Positions 12,803-26,992 of a stretch of 64,000 bases of DNA are shown here, in pieces. The position numbers and the translations under genes were made by a program. Within the stretch, counting starts at the first letter, position 1, and each line of letters starts with the position of its first letter. This DNA is from Felis catus (taxonomy: Eukaryota), in the NCBI RefSeq assembly GCF_018350175.1, contig NC_058383.1:18416001-18480000 (forward strand), written 5' to 3'. The notes under the pieces are model-generated. The model ran no database searches, was not told the DNA's origin, and saw only the letters and a list, made by a program, of their open reading frames with translations.

Positions 12803-13410
12803 TCGTATTCGTTTTCTATTGCTGCCCTAACCAGTTACTACAAACTCAGAGACTTAACACGAATTTATTGCCACGCAAATTCTGTCGTTCAGCAGTCCAG
12901 GTTGGCTCCACTGGTTTCTCCGCTCTGGGATTCACCAGGCTGAAATCAAGGTACTGGCCGGCCGGACTCGGGAGGCTCTGTGAAGAATCTGCTCATTCAG
13001 GTAGTCGACGGCATCTAGTTCGTTGTGGTTGTAGTACGGCCGTGGCTCCTGTTTCCTGGCTGCTGTCTGCTGTGGGCCACCCTCTGCTCCCAGAGACCTC
13101 ACTCCTGTGCTCGCACACAGCCCTCCAGCGCAGAGCCTGCAGCCCATGTGGAACCTCTGACTTCCCCTTGTGCCTCCTCTCTCTGGCTGCCAGCTGGGGA
13201 AGTTCTCTGCTTTTGCAGGTTCATATGATTCGATTGGGCTCTCCTGAATAATCCAAGATAATCTCCCTATTTTAAGGTCTGCGGACTTGGTTACATCTGC
13301 CAAGTCCTTTTACCTATGTGAGATAACATATTCACAGGTTCCAGTGGTTAGGTGTGGACCTCCCTGAAGGGGCATTATCCACGTGGACATCCCTGAAGGG
13401 GCATTATTCT
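12803..13410 (-). mobile_element. MaLR LTR (MLT1 family)
   Basis: Begins gtattcgttttctattgctgccctaacc and ends aacatattcacaggttccagtggttaggtgtggac, typical of MLT1 in reverse. Confidence 0.75.
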
Positions 13411-13506
13411 GTGGCTTCTATAGGGCAGAGTTTCTCTCACACCCATGTTGTGCCCCAGCACCTGGTTTTCCTCCTATCTCCCTGGCTGCTTTAAAAAACA
13501 AAAACA

Positions 13507-13740
13507 GGGGTGCCTGGGTGGCTCAGTCAGTTCAGCGTCTCACTTGGGCTCAGGTCATGATTTCGAGGGTCAGGAGTTCAAGCCCCGCGTCGGGCTCTGT
13601 GCTGACAGCTCAGAGGCTGGAGCTTGTTTCGGATTCTGTCTCCCTTTCTCTCTGCCCCTCCCCCACTCACGCTCTGTCTGTCTCTCTCTCTCTGTCTCTC
13701 AAAAATAAATAAAAACATTTAAAAAAAATAAAAAGCAAAA
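13507..13740 (+). mobile_element. Can-SINE
   Basis: Head, (CT)n and A tail. Confidence 0.9.
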
Positions 13741-14096
13741 ACAAAAAATCAGCTTCATTGAGGTATAATTTATGTGCACCCATTTTATGTGTGCAATTTA
13801 ATGACTTTTAGCAAATTCATGGGAGTCATGTGACCATTATGACAATCTGCTTTTAGAACATTTTCATCTCCTCAAAAAGATTTCCCATACCTTTTCCAGT
13901 CCATCAGCTTTCTCTTTTTATTCTCTTGCTTAGGCGCATCTTCCCTTGAATGCTTATGTTGGCCAGGACTTTTTTGGCTGTCTGGGAAATACCTACACTT
14001 AGGATATTCTTTACCAGGTGGGCAAGAATACACATTAAGCTGCTGACATTGCATTTGAAGCTAACATTGTATGTCAAGTATGAAAACAAAAATTTT

Positions 14097-15052
14097 TCCA
14101 AAATCTATAAAGAACTTAGCAAACTCACATCCAAAACACAAATAATCCAGTAAAGAAATGGGCAAAAGACATGAACAGACAGTTTTCTAAAGAAGACATC
14201 CAGATGGCGAACAGACACATGAAAAAATGTTCAGCATCACTCATCATCAGAGAAATACAAATCCAAACCACAATGAGATACCACCTCACACCTGTCAAAA
14301 GGGCTAACAGTAACAACTCAGGCAACAACAGATGTTGGCGAGGATGTGGAGAAAAAGGAACCCTTTTGCATTGCTGGTAGGAATGTAAACTGGTGTAGCC
14401 ACTCTGGAAAACAGTATGGAGGTACCTCAAAAAATTAAAAATAGAACTACCCTACCACCCAGCAATTGAACTACTAGGCATTTATCCAAGGGATACAGGT
14501 GTGCTGTTTTGAAGGGACACATGCACCCCGATGTTTATAGCAGCACTCTCAACAATAGCCAAAGTATGGAAAGAGCCCAAATGTCCATTGGTGGATGAAT
14601 GGATAAAGAAGATGTGGTATGTATATACAATGGAGTATCACTCGGCAATCAAAAAGAATAAAATCTTGCCCTTTGCAACTACGTGGATGGAACTAGAGTG
14701 TATTATGCTAAGCAAAATTAGTCAGAGAAAGACAAATATCATATGACTTCACTCATATGTGGAATTTAAGATACAAAACAGATGAACACAAGGGAAGGGA
14801 AGCAAAAGTAATATAAAAACAGGAAGGGGGACAAAACATAAGAGACTCTTAAGAACAAACTGAGGGTTGCTGGAGGGGTTGTGGGTAGGGGGATGGGCTA
14901 AATGGGTAAGGGGCACTAAGGAAGACACTTGTTGGGATGAGTAGTGGGTGTTATCCATAGGGGATGATGAATCACTGGGATCTACTCCTGAAGTCATTAT
15001 TGCACTATATGCTAACTACCTTGGATGTAAATTTAAAAAATAAAAAGAAATA
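14097..15052 (+). mobile_element. 5'-truncated felid-type L1 3' end
   Basis: ORF2 C-terminus ([17 protein letters not shown]...KEPKCP), 3'UTR and A tail. Highly similar to the L1 at 1531-2450. Confidence 0.92.
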
Positions 15053-15149
15053 ATTTTTTTCTCTTTTTTAGACAAAAAAATTGTTGACATTTGTTACCTC
15101 GGGGTAATGAGAATGCAGGGTTGGCAATGGAAGGATTAACTTTTTCTGT

Positions 15150-15951
15150 TTTTTTTTTTTTAAGTTTATTTATTTTGAGAGAGAGCGCAAGTGGGGGAGG
15201 AACAGAGAGGGAGAGAGAGAATCCCAAGCAAGCTCTGTGCTGTCAGCGCAGTGCCTGATGTGGGGCCCGAACTCACAAACCGAGAGATCATGACCTGAGT
15301 GGAAATCAAGATTCGGACACTTAACTGACTGAGCTGCCCAGCCACCCCTAACTTTTTCTGTATTTATTTTTCAGGATTTAATATACAATGAGCATGTATT
15401 GCTTTTAAGATGAAAAGTTCTGGGGCCCCTGGGTGGCTCAGTTGGTTGAGCAACCGACTTCAGCTCAGGTCATGATCTTGCGATTTGTGGGTTCGAGCCC
15501 CACGTTGGGCTCTGTGTTGACAGCTCAGAGCCTGGAGCCTGCTTCAGATTCTGTGCCTCCTCCCTTCTCTGCCCCTCCCCTGCTCATGCTCTGTGTCTCT
15601 CTCTCAATAGTAAGTAAACGTTAAAAAAAATTTAAGTGGTAACAAAATAAATTGACAGCAAGAGAGCTCTTATCTCTTTTATTGAATGACAGGAAAACAC
15701 AGCATTTAGTTCCTTAAAATGGGGAACAGAGTAAGGCCACATGTAGTCTTAAAAAAAAAACAGTTTTATTGAAATACAATACATAGTATACTAGGTGACT
15801 CAGTCAGTTAAGCATCTGACTCTTGATTTCAGCTAAGGTCATGACCTTACAGTTGGCGGATCAAGCCCCGCGTGAGGCCCTGTGCTGAGAGCTCAGAGCC
15901 TGCTTCAGATTCTCTCTCTCCCTCTCTCTCTGCCCCTCCACTGCTCATGTG

Positions 15952-15982
<31 letters not shown>

Positions 15983-15990
15983 TAAACTTT
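15150..15990. mobile_element. Three Can-SINEs (15150-15348 -, 15422-15633 +, about 15790-15990 +)
   Basis: SINE heads, (CT)n tracts and tails. Confidence 0.85.
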
Positions 15991-16374
15991 CAAAAGTTCA
16001 GTGGTTCTGTTCTTCACTACATTCACAAAGTTGTGTATCAATCACCACTACCTAATTCCAGATTTTTATCACTCCAAGAGAAAACCCACACTCATTAGCA
16101 GTCATTCCCTGACTCCTTCTTACACCCCGCATCTCTGGAAACCATGAATCTAATTTTTGTCTCTAAAGATTTGCCTATTCCAGACAAGACACAAGTGAAG
16201 TTTTTTTAAACCTGATTAGTAATTTCTGGAGTCTATTTTTACAGATGGCTTTTCTTATCAGCAAAATGAAAGGGATTTAAAACGTACTACCTGACCCCCA
16301 AAAAGTTATTTTAGGTTCAACTGATCTATTTCAGTTTCTATTTAATTAAAGCCAATTTGTTATTAGACACCTAG

Positions 16375-19300
16375 GGGACGTCACTACTACCAATCTTATA
16401 GAAATAAAAAGAATTATGCAGGAGTACTATGAACACCTGTATGCCAATACATTAGATATCTTAGATGGAATGGATAAAGTCCTCGAAAGACAAAAACTGG
16501 CAAATTTCAAAAAGAAATAGAAAATCTGAATAGATCTATAACAAGTAAAGAAATTGAATTGGTAACCAAAAAACTTCCCACATACAAATAGAAACTCAGG
16601 TCCAAATGGCTTCACTGGTGAATTTGAACAGACATTTAAAGAGGAATGAATACCATTTCTTCATAAACTCTTCCCAAAAATAGAAGATGAGGGAATACTT
16701 GCCAACTTTTTCTATGAGGCCAGTATTACCCTGTTACTGAAATTAGACAAAGACGTCAAACAAAAAAAAAAAAACACACCAAAAACTATACATCAATATT
16801 GCTTATGAATTTAGAGGTGAAAATCCCAACAAATACTAGCAAACGGAATCCAGCAAGTATAAAAAAGGATAATAGACCATGACCACGTGAGGTGTATCTC
16901 AGCGATGCAAGGTTGGTTTAACATCTGAAAATAAATTGATGTCATAGACCACATTATTAGAATGAAGGAAAAAACCTACATAATCGTCTTAATATATGCA
17001 GAAAAAGCCTTTGCCAAAATCCAATACCTTCTCATGATAAAAACAGGCAACAAACTAAAGATAAAAGGGAACTTCCTCTACCTGATAAACGACATCTACA
17101 AAAATCCTACAACCAACACCATACTCAATGGTCAACATTCAGGAACAAGACGGGGATGTCTACTCTTGCCACTTCTGTTTGATATCGTACTGGATATTCT
17201 AGCCAGGGAAATTAGGCAAGAAAATGAATTAAAGGCGTACAGATTGGAAAGGAAGTAATAAAACTACCTCTATCTGCAGATGACCTTATCTTGTATGTAG
17301 AAAATGCTAAGGTATCCACTAAAAATTAGAACTACACCACTAATCATCAGGGAAATGCAAATCAAAACCACAGTGAGGCATCACTGCACACCTGTTAGGA
17401 TGGTCACTATAAAAAAAAATAAAATAAAACTGGAAATAACAAGTGTTGATGAGGGTGTGGAAAGATTAGAACCCTTGTGCACTCTTGGGGGGAATGTAAA
17501 ATGGTGCAGCCACTATGAAAACAGTATGAAAGTTCCTCGAAAAAAAAAAATAGAATGACTATATGATCTAGCAATCTGACTTCTGGGTATTTATCCAAAA
17601 AGAATTTAAATCAGGAACTTGAAGAGATATTTGCACACCCAACTCCACTGCAGCATTATTCATAATGGCCAAGATCTGGAAACAACCTGAGTGTCCACTG
17701 ATGGATGAAACGGGGCGGGGGGGGGGGCGGGAAATGTGGTATATACACACAGTGGAATATTATTCAGCCATGAAAAAGAAAATTCTGTCATATGCTACAA
17801 CATGGGGGAACCTTGAGGGCATTACATAAAGTGAAACAAACCAGTCATAAAAAGACAAATACTGCATGATTCTACTAGATGAGCTGTCTAAAGTAGTCAA
17901 ATTCATAGAAACAAAAGGGCTGAGGAGAGGAGGAAATAGGGAGTTCTTATTAGATGGGTATTAAATTTCAGTGATGCAAGATAAAAAGAGATTTGTGGTA
18001 CAACCCTGTGTTTATAGTTAACAATACTGTACTATACACTTAAAAATTGTTGACAGTAGGTCTCATGTTATATGTTTTTCACTATTGTAAAAAATTGGGG
18101 GTTGCCTGGGTGGTTCAGTCAGTTAAGTGCCTGACTCCTGGTACCAGCTCAGGTCATGATCTCGTGGTTGGGGGATCAAGCCCTGTGTCGGGCGCTGTGC
18201 TGAGTGTGGAGCCTGCTTGGGATTCTCTCTTGTTCTTTTCTGCCCCCTCCCACTTACATGTGCACATGCGCTCTCTTTCTGTCTCTCAAAATAAGTAAAT
18301 AAACATTAAAATTTAGTTAAAAATTAATAAAAATTAAAAAACTAATTAATGGGTCCAAAGTTGTAGGATACAAGGTCAATATGTAAAAATCAATTATAAT
18401 ATGGTCACTTACAATGAATGATCCAAAAGGAAATTAAGGAAACAATCAATTTATAATAGCACCATTACTCAGCCATCAAAAATAATGAAATCTTGTCATT
18501 TGTAAGGACATGGATGGAGCTAGAGTATAAATACTAAGTGAAATAAGTGAGTCAGAGAAAGACAAATGCCATATAATTTCACTCATATGTGGAATTCGAG
18601 AAGAAAAAAAACAGATGAACATATGGGAAGGGGGAAAAGAGAGAGGGAAACAAACCACAGGAGACTCTTAATGATAGGGAAAAAAAACTGAGGGTTGATG
18701 GATGGAGGCGGGTGGGAGATGGCCTAGATAAGTGATGGGTATTAAGGAGGGCACTTGCTATGATGAGCACTGGGTGTTGTATGTAAGTGATGAATCACTG
18801 AATTCTACTCCTGAAACCAATATTGCACTGTATGTTAACTAAAATTCAAATTTTAAAAAAAAGGAAAAAAAGAATAATGTAATTGAAAAGAAATTTAACA
18901 GAAGAAATACAAAACATATACTCTCAAAACTTCAAATAATTGTTGAAAGATATTGAAGAAGATCTAAATAAAGGGAAAGACACTTTATGCTCACGGATAA
19001 GAAGACGTAACATTGTTAAATCGATTTACAGATTAAACACAATCCCTATGTGTTTAACACCCACCCCAGTGGGTTTTTAAAATAGAAATTGGCAGGTGCA
19101 TTCCAAAATTCATATGGGAGCTTAGCAGTCCTAGAATAGCCAAAATAATCTTGAAAAAAAAACAAATTTTGAGGACTCACACTTACCAATTTCAAGACTC
19201 ACTACCAAGTTACAATAAGCAAGACAGTGTAGTACTGGCATAAAGATAGGCACATGGATCAATGGAATAGAATATAGAGTCCAGAAATGAACCCATATAT

Positions 19301-19945
19301 CTATGGTCAATTGACTTTTCACAAGGCTGCCAAGACAATACAATGGGAAAAATACTGTCATTGAACAAATGGTTCTAGCATAACTGTAGACACACATGCA
19401 AAAGAATGAATTTGAGCTCCCTACCTCACACCATATGCAAAAACTAACTACAAATCAATCAAAAGCCTAAATGTAAAAGCTAAAACTATAAAACTCTTGG
19501 AGGAAAATATAGGGATAAGTCTTCATGGCCTTGAATTTGGCAGTGGTTTCTTAGATATGTCACCAAAAGCATAAGCAACAAAATAAAAAATAAATAAATT
19601 GGACTTCATCAAAATTAAAAATTTTTGTTCTTCAAAGGACACTATCAAGAAAGTGAAAAAACAACTCACAGAATAGAAAACATTTGCAAATCATACATCT
19701 TATATAGGACTTATATCCAAAACATATAAAAAACTTACAATTCAGTATTTAAAAGACAACCCAATTGAAAATGGACAAAAGATCTGAACAGACACTACTA
19801 CAAAGAAAATATACAAGTGGCCAATAACACATGAAAAGATGCTCAACATCATTAGTCATTAGGGAAATGCACATAAAAAGCACAATAAGATTCCATTCAT
19901 ACTTACTAAGGTGGTTATAATAAAAGAGTTGAATAATAATATGTT
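16375..19945 (+). mobile_element. Older L1 (L1M-type) ORF2 remnant with nested insertions
   Basis: YAEKAFAKIQY and SGTRRGCLL motifs. Interrupted by L1 3' ends at about 17335-18095 and 18464-18875 and by a SINE at 18097-18310. Confidence 0.85.
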
Positions 19946-19948
19946 TTA

Positions 19949-20125
19949 GGGGCACCTGGGTGGCTCAGTCAGTTGGGCATCTGACTCTTGATTTTGGCTT
20001 AGGTCATGATCGCATGTGGTTCATGGGATCAAGCCCTGCATTGGGCTCTGCGCTGACAGTGCAAAGCCTGCTTGGGATTCTCTCTTTCTTTTTCTCTCTC
20101 TTCCCCTCCCTTGCTCATGCAAGTG

Positions 20126-20156
<31 letters not shown>

Positions 20157-20195
20157 AAAACAAAAAAATAAAATAAAATAAAATAAGAAAAAAAT
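19949..20195 (+). mobile_element. Can-SINE
   Basis: Head, (CT)n and (AAAAT)n tail. Confidence 0.9.
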
Positions 20196-20695
20196 AACAA
20201 GTTTTGGAAGGTAGGGATCACCAGTCTATCTTTTTTGTGAGCAAGCAAGTCTTTACATGAAGCCACCCCTAATGACTTCTTCTGGTCTCATTGGCCAGTT
20301 TGAGACTAACGATCATTTCTGAACCAATGAGGTTCAGCATGAAGAATAGAATTTCCATGATTGAATTAGACTCATTGTTTGGAGTGGAATGGAGGTTTAG
20401 GTAGGCAACCATCATAGCGCCACTATAGACTTCCAACGGGAATTCTGGTTCCTATTACTGGAGTATAGAATGGATGATGACCAGGCAAAAAAAACAGATG
20501 TCTACGGCACCATCAGAAACAGCTGGGATGTGGTGAGAAAAACTTATATACTGGACTCTGCTCCTAACTTATTGGGTGATTTTAGAGATTACTTCACTCT
20601 TTAGCCCTGTTTCTTCAAATGGAATTATTCTTTCTAGCTTTTAAATAGCCCTGCTACTGAATATATATATATATCTCCACATAGCATATACATAG

Positions 20696-20696
<1 letters not shown>

Positions 20697-20732
<36 letters not shown>
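20697..20732. repeat. (TA)n microsatellite
   Basis: Read directly from the sequence. Confidence 0.95.
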
Positions 20733-20733
<1 letters not shown>

Positions 20734-22179
20734 CAATATAGCCTTCTAGCAATGAAAAAAGGCACACATGCTTTTCTGCAACTCTGATAACAACATAAGA
20801 GCAACTTTTGTAAATACCACTCAAAATCTCTTTACCCTAATATTTATGTACCGTGAGACTCCTATAGCATCAGAAACGTAGATGATTCATTGACAATAGC
20901 CACCTAAATCATGCAGTTTAGTCTGTGTTTTTGCCTGCCAAGGACTATTCTTTCTTCCGCTCTGATTTTACTTTGGGAAAAATTTTGTTCAGACTCTGTC
21001 CAACTGGTCTCTGGGTCTTGGTTTCGTCACCCATAAAAAGAGGGAGCTGGGCAAAGATCCATTCCAGTGTTGGTGTCCCAAGATTCCATCGCAGAGCCCC
21101 TAAGGGAGGCTACAGGAGGAATCTGTATCACTTGGAGAGACCCTCCCTGGGGCTGACAAAGCTTTGGGATAAAATCCCTCTCTAGAGCTCACGTGCGGTG
21201 AATTTAGTTTGTCAATTCCAAAATGGAAGTTGATTCATGGTGGGTCTGGTTCTTGGAAAATGCAGCAAGGTGGAAATAAATCAAGCAGGAGTCTTCTTGC
21301 CGAATGTCCTTTGTTTTATGTACATATCACTTCTGCTTTTCAGATCAGTCAAACCAGGCCCCTGAGCCTAGCTAGCAGGCTGTCTATCTCACTTGACTCT
21401 GAGAACAGAAGAGCCTGGAATGTACCCAGCTTCAGGCACAATTAGATTGAGGGGCTCAACACGGTCATTGAATCAACCTGTATCTTTTTCTTTCCTCACC
21501 CTTCACTCCCACTTGGTTTTCCTTTGTTGGCCTCATTCTCAGGAAGGCTTTCCTCTCATAGTGACAGAAATGGCTCCAGAAAAAGACCCAAGGCTGACAT
21601 TGATTGGGTCTACTGGACCAGCCATAATGGACAGGCACAAAACCTAAGATCCACCAACCCACCCCATGGAGTGGATTCTATTCTGAAGAATAAAGGAGGA
21701 ATCTTGAAATGGGGTTGACATGTCAGATCTGTGCATCAGGAGCCTGGTTAAGGGACAGGGATCAGGGGCAATGGAGGAGACTGGAATTGAGATTTGCTAG
21801 CAGGCTCTTGGAATCATTCTGGGCAGAAGCGAGGAGGGGTTGAACTGGGGTAATGGCAGTCGGATGGAGGATGGACCGAGCAGGAAATCAAACGGGTGAA
21901 GGTAGAGTGTGCGTGAGTTGGTGGTTGATTAGCAGTATTGGGAAAGGAAGGAGGATTTTATTGAATGCCAGCTGCATGTTGGGCCCTGTGCTGGGGAAAT
22001 AAAACAATCTGGTGGAAGAGTCAGACCTGTAAACAATTATTATGCAATATACAAGTTGCCATGATAGAGGAATGCACCAGGGGTCACTAGCATGGGGGGG
22101 GGGGAAGAAATCACTCTGGGAGGGGCTGTGTGTTGTTAGGGAAGGCTTCACAGACAAGGGAATTTTGACCTGAGTCTCT

Positions 22180-23525
22180 TTTATTTTTTATTTAAAAACA
22201 ATTTTTTTAATGTTTATTTTTGAGAGAGAGAGGGGAGACAGATCGCGAGTCAGGGCGGGGCAGAGAGAGAGGGAGACACAGGATCCGAAGCAGGCTCCAG
22301 GCTCCAGGCTTTCAGCACAGGGTCCGACGCGGGGCTCAAACTCATGAACTGTGAGATTGTGACCTGGGCTGCAGTCAGAGGCTTAACCGACTGAGCCACC
22401 CAGGTTCCCCTAACCTGAGTCTTAAAGGATAAGTAAGGCACATAAGAGTTTGGTAGCAAACATGGAATAAGAGATTTCAGGCCTATGCCAAGGGCAAAGA
22501 AGAGAGTCCAAAAAAATTGTTGCCCAGAAAAACCACATTCAAACTAAAGACACATTTAGTTTTGTTCATATAATATTTTTAGAAATTTTTGAATTAGTTG
22601 CCAACATTGAAAGATCTGGAGCTTTCCTATAAAAATACATAAATCTAACTTGTCTTGAAAAACCAGAAGGTTTATGGGCACTTGGGTGGCTCAGTCGGGT
22701 AAGCATCCGACTTCAGCTCAGGTCGTGATCTCACGGTTCATGGGTTCGAGCCCAGCATCTGGCTCTGTGCTGACGGCTCAGATTCTGTGTCTCCCTCTCT
22801 CTCTGCCCCTCCCCCCCTCTCAAAAATAAACATTTGGGGCACCTGGGTGGTGCCCAGTTAAGTTAAGCAGTGAACTTAAGCATCCAAGTTCAGCTCAGTT
22901 AAGCATCCAAGTTCAGCTCAGGTCATGATCTCGCAGCTCATGGGTTCGAGTCCTGCATCAGGGTCTATGATGACAGCTCAGAGCCTGCTTCAGATTCTGT
23001 GTCTCCCTCTCTCCGCACCTCCCCCACTTGCGCTCTTTCTTTCTCTAAATAAATAAATACATAAATAAATAAATAGGAAGGAAGGAAGGAAGGAAGGAAG
23101 GAAGGAAGGAAGGAAGGAAGACCAGAAGGTTTAGCTCAGCGTTTGAATTCCCTTGTGGTAGAAAGGTCAAGTGCAGCCACACCCCCTCCATTCCCTATCG
23201 TAATTCACCTGGCCCTTATCAACTATTCATCTTACCTGCCCAGTCCTCTGCATCCGATTAAGGATGACTGCAAGCTCTTTGTCACTCTCCGCATCAAAAT
23301 GAGTTAGGGACGCCTGGGTGGCTCAGTCAGTTGAGGATCTGACTTCAGCTCAGGTCATATCTCGCAGTTCATGAGTTTGAGCCCCGCGTTGGGCTCTGTG
23401 CTGACAGCTTGGAGCCTGGAGCCTGCTTCCGATTCTGTGTCTCCCTCTCTCTCTGCCCCTCCCCTGCTCACGCTCTGTCTCTCAAAAATAAATAAACATT
23501 AAAAAAAGATTAAAATTTAAAAAAA
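22180..23525. mobile_element. Can-SINE cluster (22180-22410 -, 22676-22833 +, 22836-23075 +, 23307-23525 +)
   Basis: SINE heads and tails. TSD accagaaggttta brackets the tandem pair. Confidence 0.88.
23076..23120. repeat. (GGAA)n microsatellite
   Basis: Read directly; follows a SINE tail. Confidence 0.95.
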
Positions 23526-23839
23526 AAGAACCAAAAGGAGGAGTTAATTTCCTCTCCCCTGGAATCTGGACTGGTCATGTGACTGCTCACCCAGCAGAAT
23601 GTAGTAGAAGGACCCCGTGTCAATCATGGGCTTACCATCTTGGAGGGCTCTCTCTTGGCACACTCCCTCTCAAAACCTTAGAATAAAGAGAGATAAAGAA
23701 GTGGTTGTAGTTTGGGACTAGTTTACCCTGCAACAGGTAACTGGACCAGCCACCTGCTCTCCTCCCCTTGTAGACATCCAAGGGTCCAGCCTCCGGACCG
23801 GAGGAGGGAGGCAGCATGTCATCATGAACAGCAATGCTG

Positions 23840-24900
23840 GAAGGGGAAGATCAGGAAGGGCTTTGTACATCGTGCTGGGAGAGTTTCAACTTTTTTTGCT
23901 TGAGGAGACGGCAGCGTTTTGTAAGGTAGGCATATTATGACCAGGAAGGTGACTCTAGCAATGGCATAGGAGAGCGGACAGTCACTAGACACGGAGCTAG
24001 GGCGATGGCCCAAGCAACACAACTCAGGCCACGGTGCTGGGCACGGAGGGAAAGGGAGAGATTCAAGGTCAAGACTTCCTCCTCTGGGAGGCCGTCCCTT
24101 GAGGTGCTAACAGGTCGAGCCGGGGAGTCGTCAGTCAGAACCAGGGAGCACAGGCGGCAAGTTTGGGCCACAAAGACAGATGGGGGCGGGGGGGGGGCGT
24201 CAACATTTGTAGTTGAAGCCGCAGACATGGATGCGATGGGGTGGGGAGTTTGGGAGCGAGGAGAAGCAGCCAAGTCCTGGGAGCACCTTGCAAGTTGAGC
24301 AAAGGGAGCTGCTCTGCAGGGGGTCGAGAGAGAAACCTGCAGAGCAAAGCAGAGAAGCAGGAGGGGTCCCCAAGGCAAGAGTCCAGAGGGAGGGAGTAGT
24401 CAGTGGCATCAGCTTGGCGGCCTCGCCACCAAAGCGTCTGATTTCACGATCAGGAGGGCATCGGTGGCCTTGGCAAGGGCGAGGCGATGTCTGGTGGTGG
24501 GAACCGCAGCCAGTCTCACGTAGGTGCCAGAGTAGGAGATGAGGAAGTGGAGGCCGTGAGTGTAAACAGCTCTGTCAAGAAACTTGATGGTGAAGGGTAA
24601 GAATGAGATAGGGAAGTGGTTTAGAGGTTGCCAAGTTGAGAGAGCTTCCCCCCAGAGGCACAGGGGACTTAAGCCCGTTGGTACACGGCGAAGAGAGAGG
24701 GTTGGTGGAGGGCTGTGCGGGAGAAAGGGGTTGAGGGACCGAGTGAGGTCACTAGGGCAAAGGGAAGGAATGCGTCCCAAGGAGGAGGACTCAGCCTTGG
24801 GCCCAAGTGGGACGTCTGTGTGATTACAGTGTCTGGCTGGTCAGAGGAAGTGGAGGTGCTGTCGCTGGTGGGAGCGGAGGGTTCAGAAGAGTTCTCACCT
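23840..24900 (-). mobile_element. Probable L2 LINE relic
   Basis: Purine-rich + strand with L2-like segments (atttgtagttgaagcc, ggtgaagggtaagaatgagataggg). Confidence 0.5.
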
Positions 24901-25221
24901 CTTTTCCCCATACAATAGGAGCGGCGATCATCTCAAGTAAATGTGAGGAAGACCGCCTGGGTAGATGGTCAGCAAGAAGCCACTGGCAAGGTTAACTTAG
25001 GCCAGAGCCTGTGGCCACCGCGCCCTTAGAGCCTCCTGCTTAAGGTCAGGGTTGGTTCTCGGAGGTGGGTTAGAGCTGAGCCTGGAGGCAGTTGGAGGAC
25101 CACAGCCGAGAGAAGGCCTGGGGGGCCACAGGGGCAGGGGCCAGGCTACCGGAGTAACGCCCTGCAAATGAGGCCCCACCACTTCTTTGCTTAGAGACTT
25201 GTGTGCGCTTCCCCTGGTCAC

Positions 25222-25407
25222 TTTTTTTTTTTTAGTGTTTATTCATTTACTTTTGAGAGCGAGAGGGAGGGGCAGAGAGAGAGGGAGAGACCCCCACGCT
25301 GACGGTGCAGAGCCCCACGTGGGGCTCGATCTCACAAACCATGAGATCATGACCTGAGCCGAAATCAAGCGTCAGATGCTTAACCCACGGAGCCACCCAG
25401 GCGCCCT
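25222..25407 (-). mobile_element. Can-SINE
   Basis: Head and T tail in reverse. Confidence 0.85.
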
Positions 25408-26214
25408 GCTTCTCTTTGTCTTGGGAGCAAACTCCTCAAGAAGACATGAGTTGAGGACCCTCCGGATCTGCTTCTTGCGGATCTTCCCAGCTTCACCACC
25501 TTCCCCTTGACCCCAAGCCCCCAAGGCTCCAGCCATGGCCAAGAGCTCCACTCCAGTTTGTCAACCCACCGGCCCTGAGGGGTTGGATCTGAATGCCACT
25601 TTGTGTGCTCTTGGGTGGGTCACTTATCTCCTCTGAGCCTCGATTTCATCATTTGGAAAAGAGGGACAGCAAAACACCTGACAGGGTTCCCGAGACTCCT
25701 CAGGGACAGAATGTTAGCGCTGCACGGGGGACCTAGTACTGCTTGGAGCAGTCGGGACTCTGGGTTGTAATTGACAGAACCGAATATAAAAAATCTCCTT
25801 CTGCGGTTGATTTGTTTCCATCAGGATCCACGGACAGCCCAGATATTACAGTTGATTGATGTTTTCAAAAGTCTCTTATACCGTTTCCCCTCCTTTTCTT
25901 TGAATGCCATTCATTTGTTGAATGACAAATAACCTGGTTTATTTGTCCCATAGGGTTTTCACACATTTCTAGATTACACATTTTCACATGCAGATTCATG
26001 TAATTGCACCCCCCATGGTGTCATTTACCCTGGTTTTCTATCCCTCCCCCCCCCCCCCACCCAGTATTTCATACAAACTAACAGTTAGATCTAGGGAATC
26101 GAGTAGATCCAATAGTGAGGTTAAGATTGACTGCTGAAGTCCTTTTTTTAATGTAATCATGTAAACGTGAACATAACTTGGGCATTAGATTGCGTTAAGA
26201 AATTATTGCTAGTT

Positions 26215-26442
26215 GGGGCGCCTGGGTGGAGCAGTCGGTTGAGCGTCCGACTTCAGCCAGGTCACGACCTCGCGGTCCGTGAGTTCGAGCCCCACGTCAG
26301 GCTCTGGGCTGATGGCTCAGAGCCTGGAGCCTGTTTCCGATTCTGTGTCTCCCTCTCTCTCTGCCCCTCCCCCGTTCATGCTCTGTCTCTCTCTGTCCCA
26401 AAAATAAAAATAAAAACGTTGAAAGAAAAAAAAAATTAAAAA
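26215..26442 (+). mobile_element. Young feline SINE
   Basis: Perfect TSD aagaaattattgctag. Confidence 0.95.
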
Positions 26443-26992
26443 AAGAAATTATTGCTAGCTTTTTAAAGGTGTAATTACGTATTACATGATGGTATTGTGC
26501 TTAGGTAGAGTGAAAATCCTTATCTGGCATACAGTAACGTGGATGGATTCCAACACATTATGCTCAATGAAAAAAGTCAGACCCATACTGTATGATTGCA
26601 TTTGCGTGGAACATTCTAGGACAGGCGAAACTACTCCAGACTGATAAAGAGCAGATCAGTGGCTCCTTGGGGCTGAGGGTGAGGATTAATTGTAGAAGGA
26701 CATGAGCGAACTTTTAGGGGAGATGGAAGGATTTCACATCTTGATTATGGTGCCTATTACTTGGGTATACACATTTGTCAAAACGAATTGAATCATGCCT
26801 TTTAAAAGGAATGTGTTCCATTGTATGGAAAGAAAGACGTATTTTATTGTAAATAAAAGCGATTTTAGAAGGAAAGAAAGCATTCTAGGATAAGAAGAAT
26901 CCATTCAAAATGGTTACAAAACTATAATACACCTATATATATATACCTATACTTATAATATACTATATAATATAAACTATTATATACCTATG

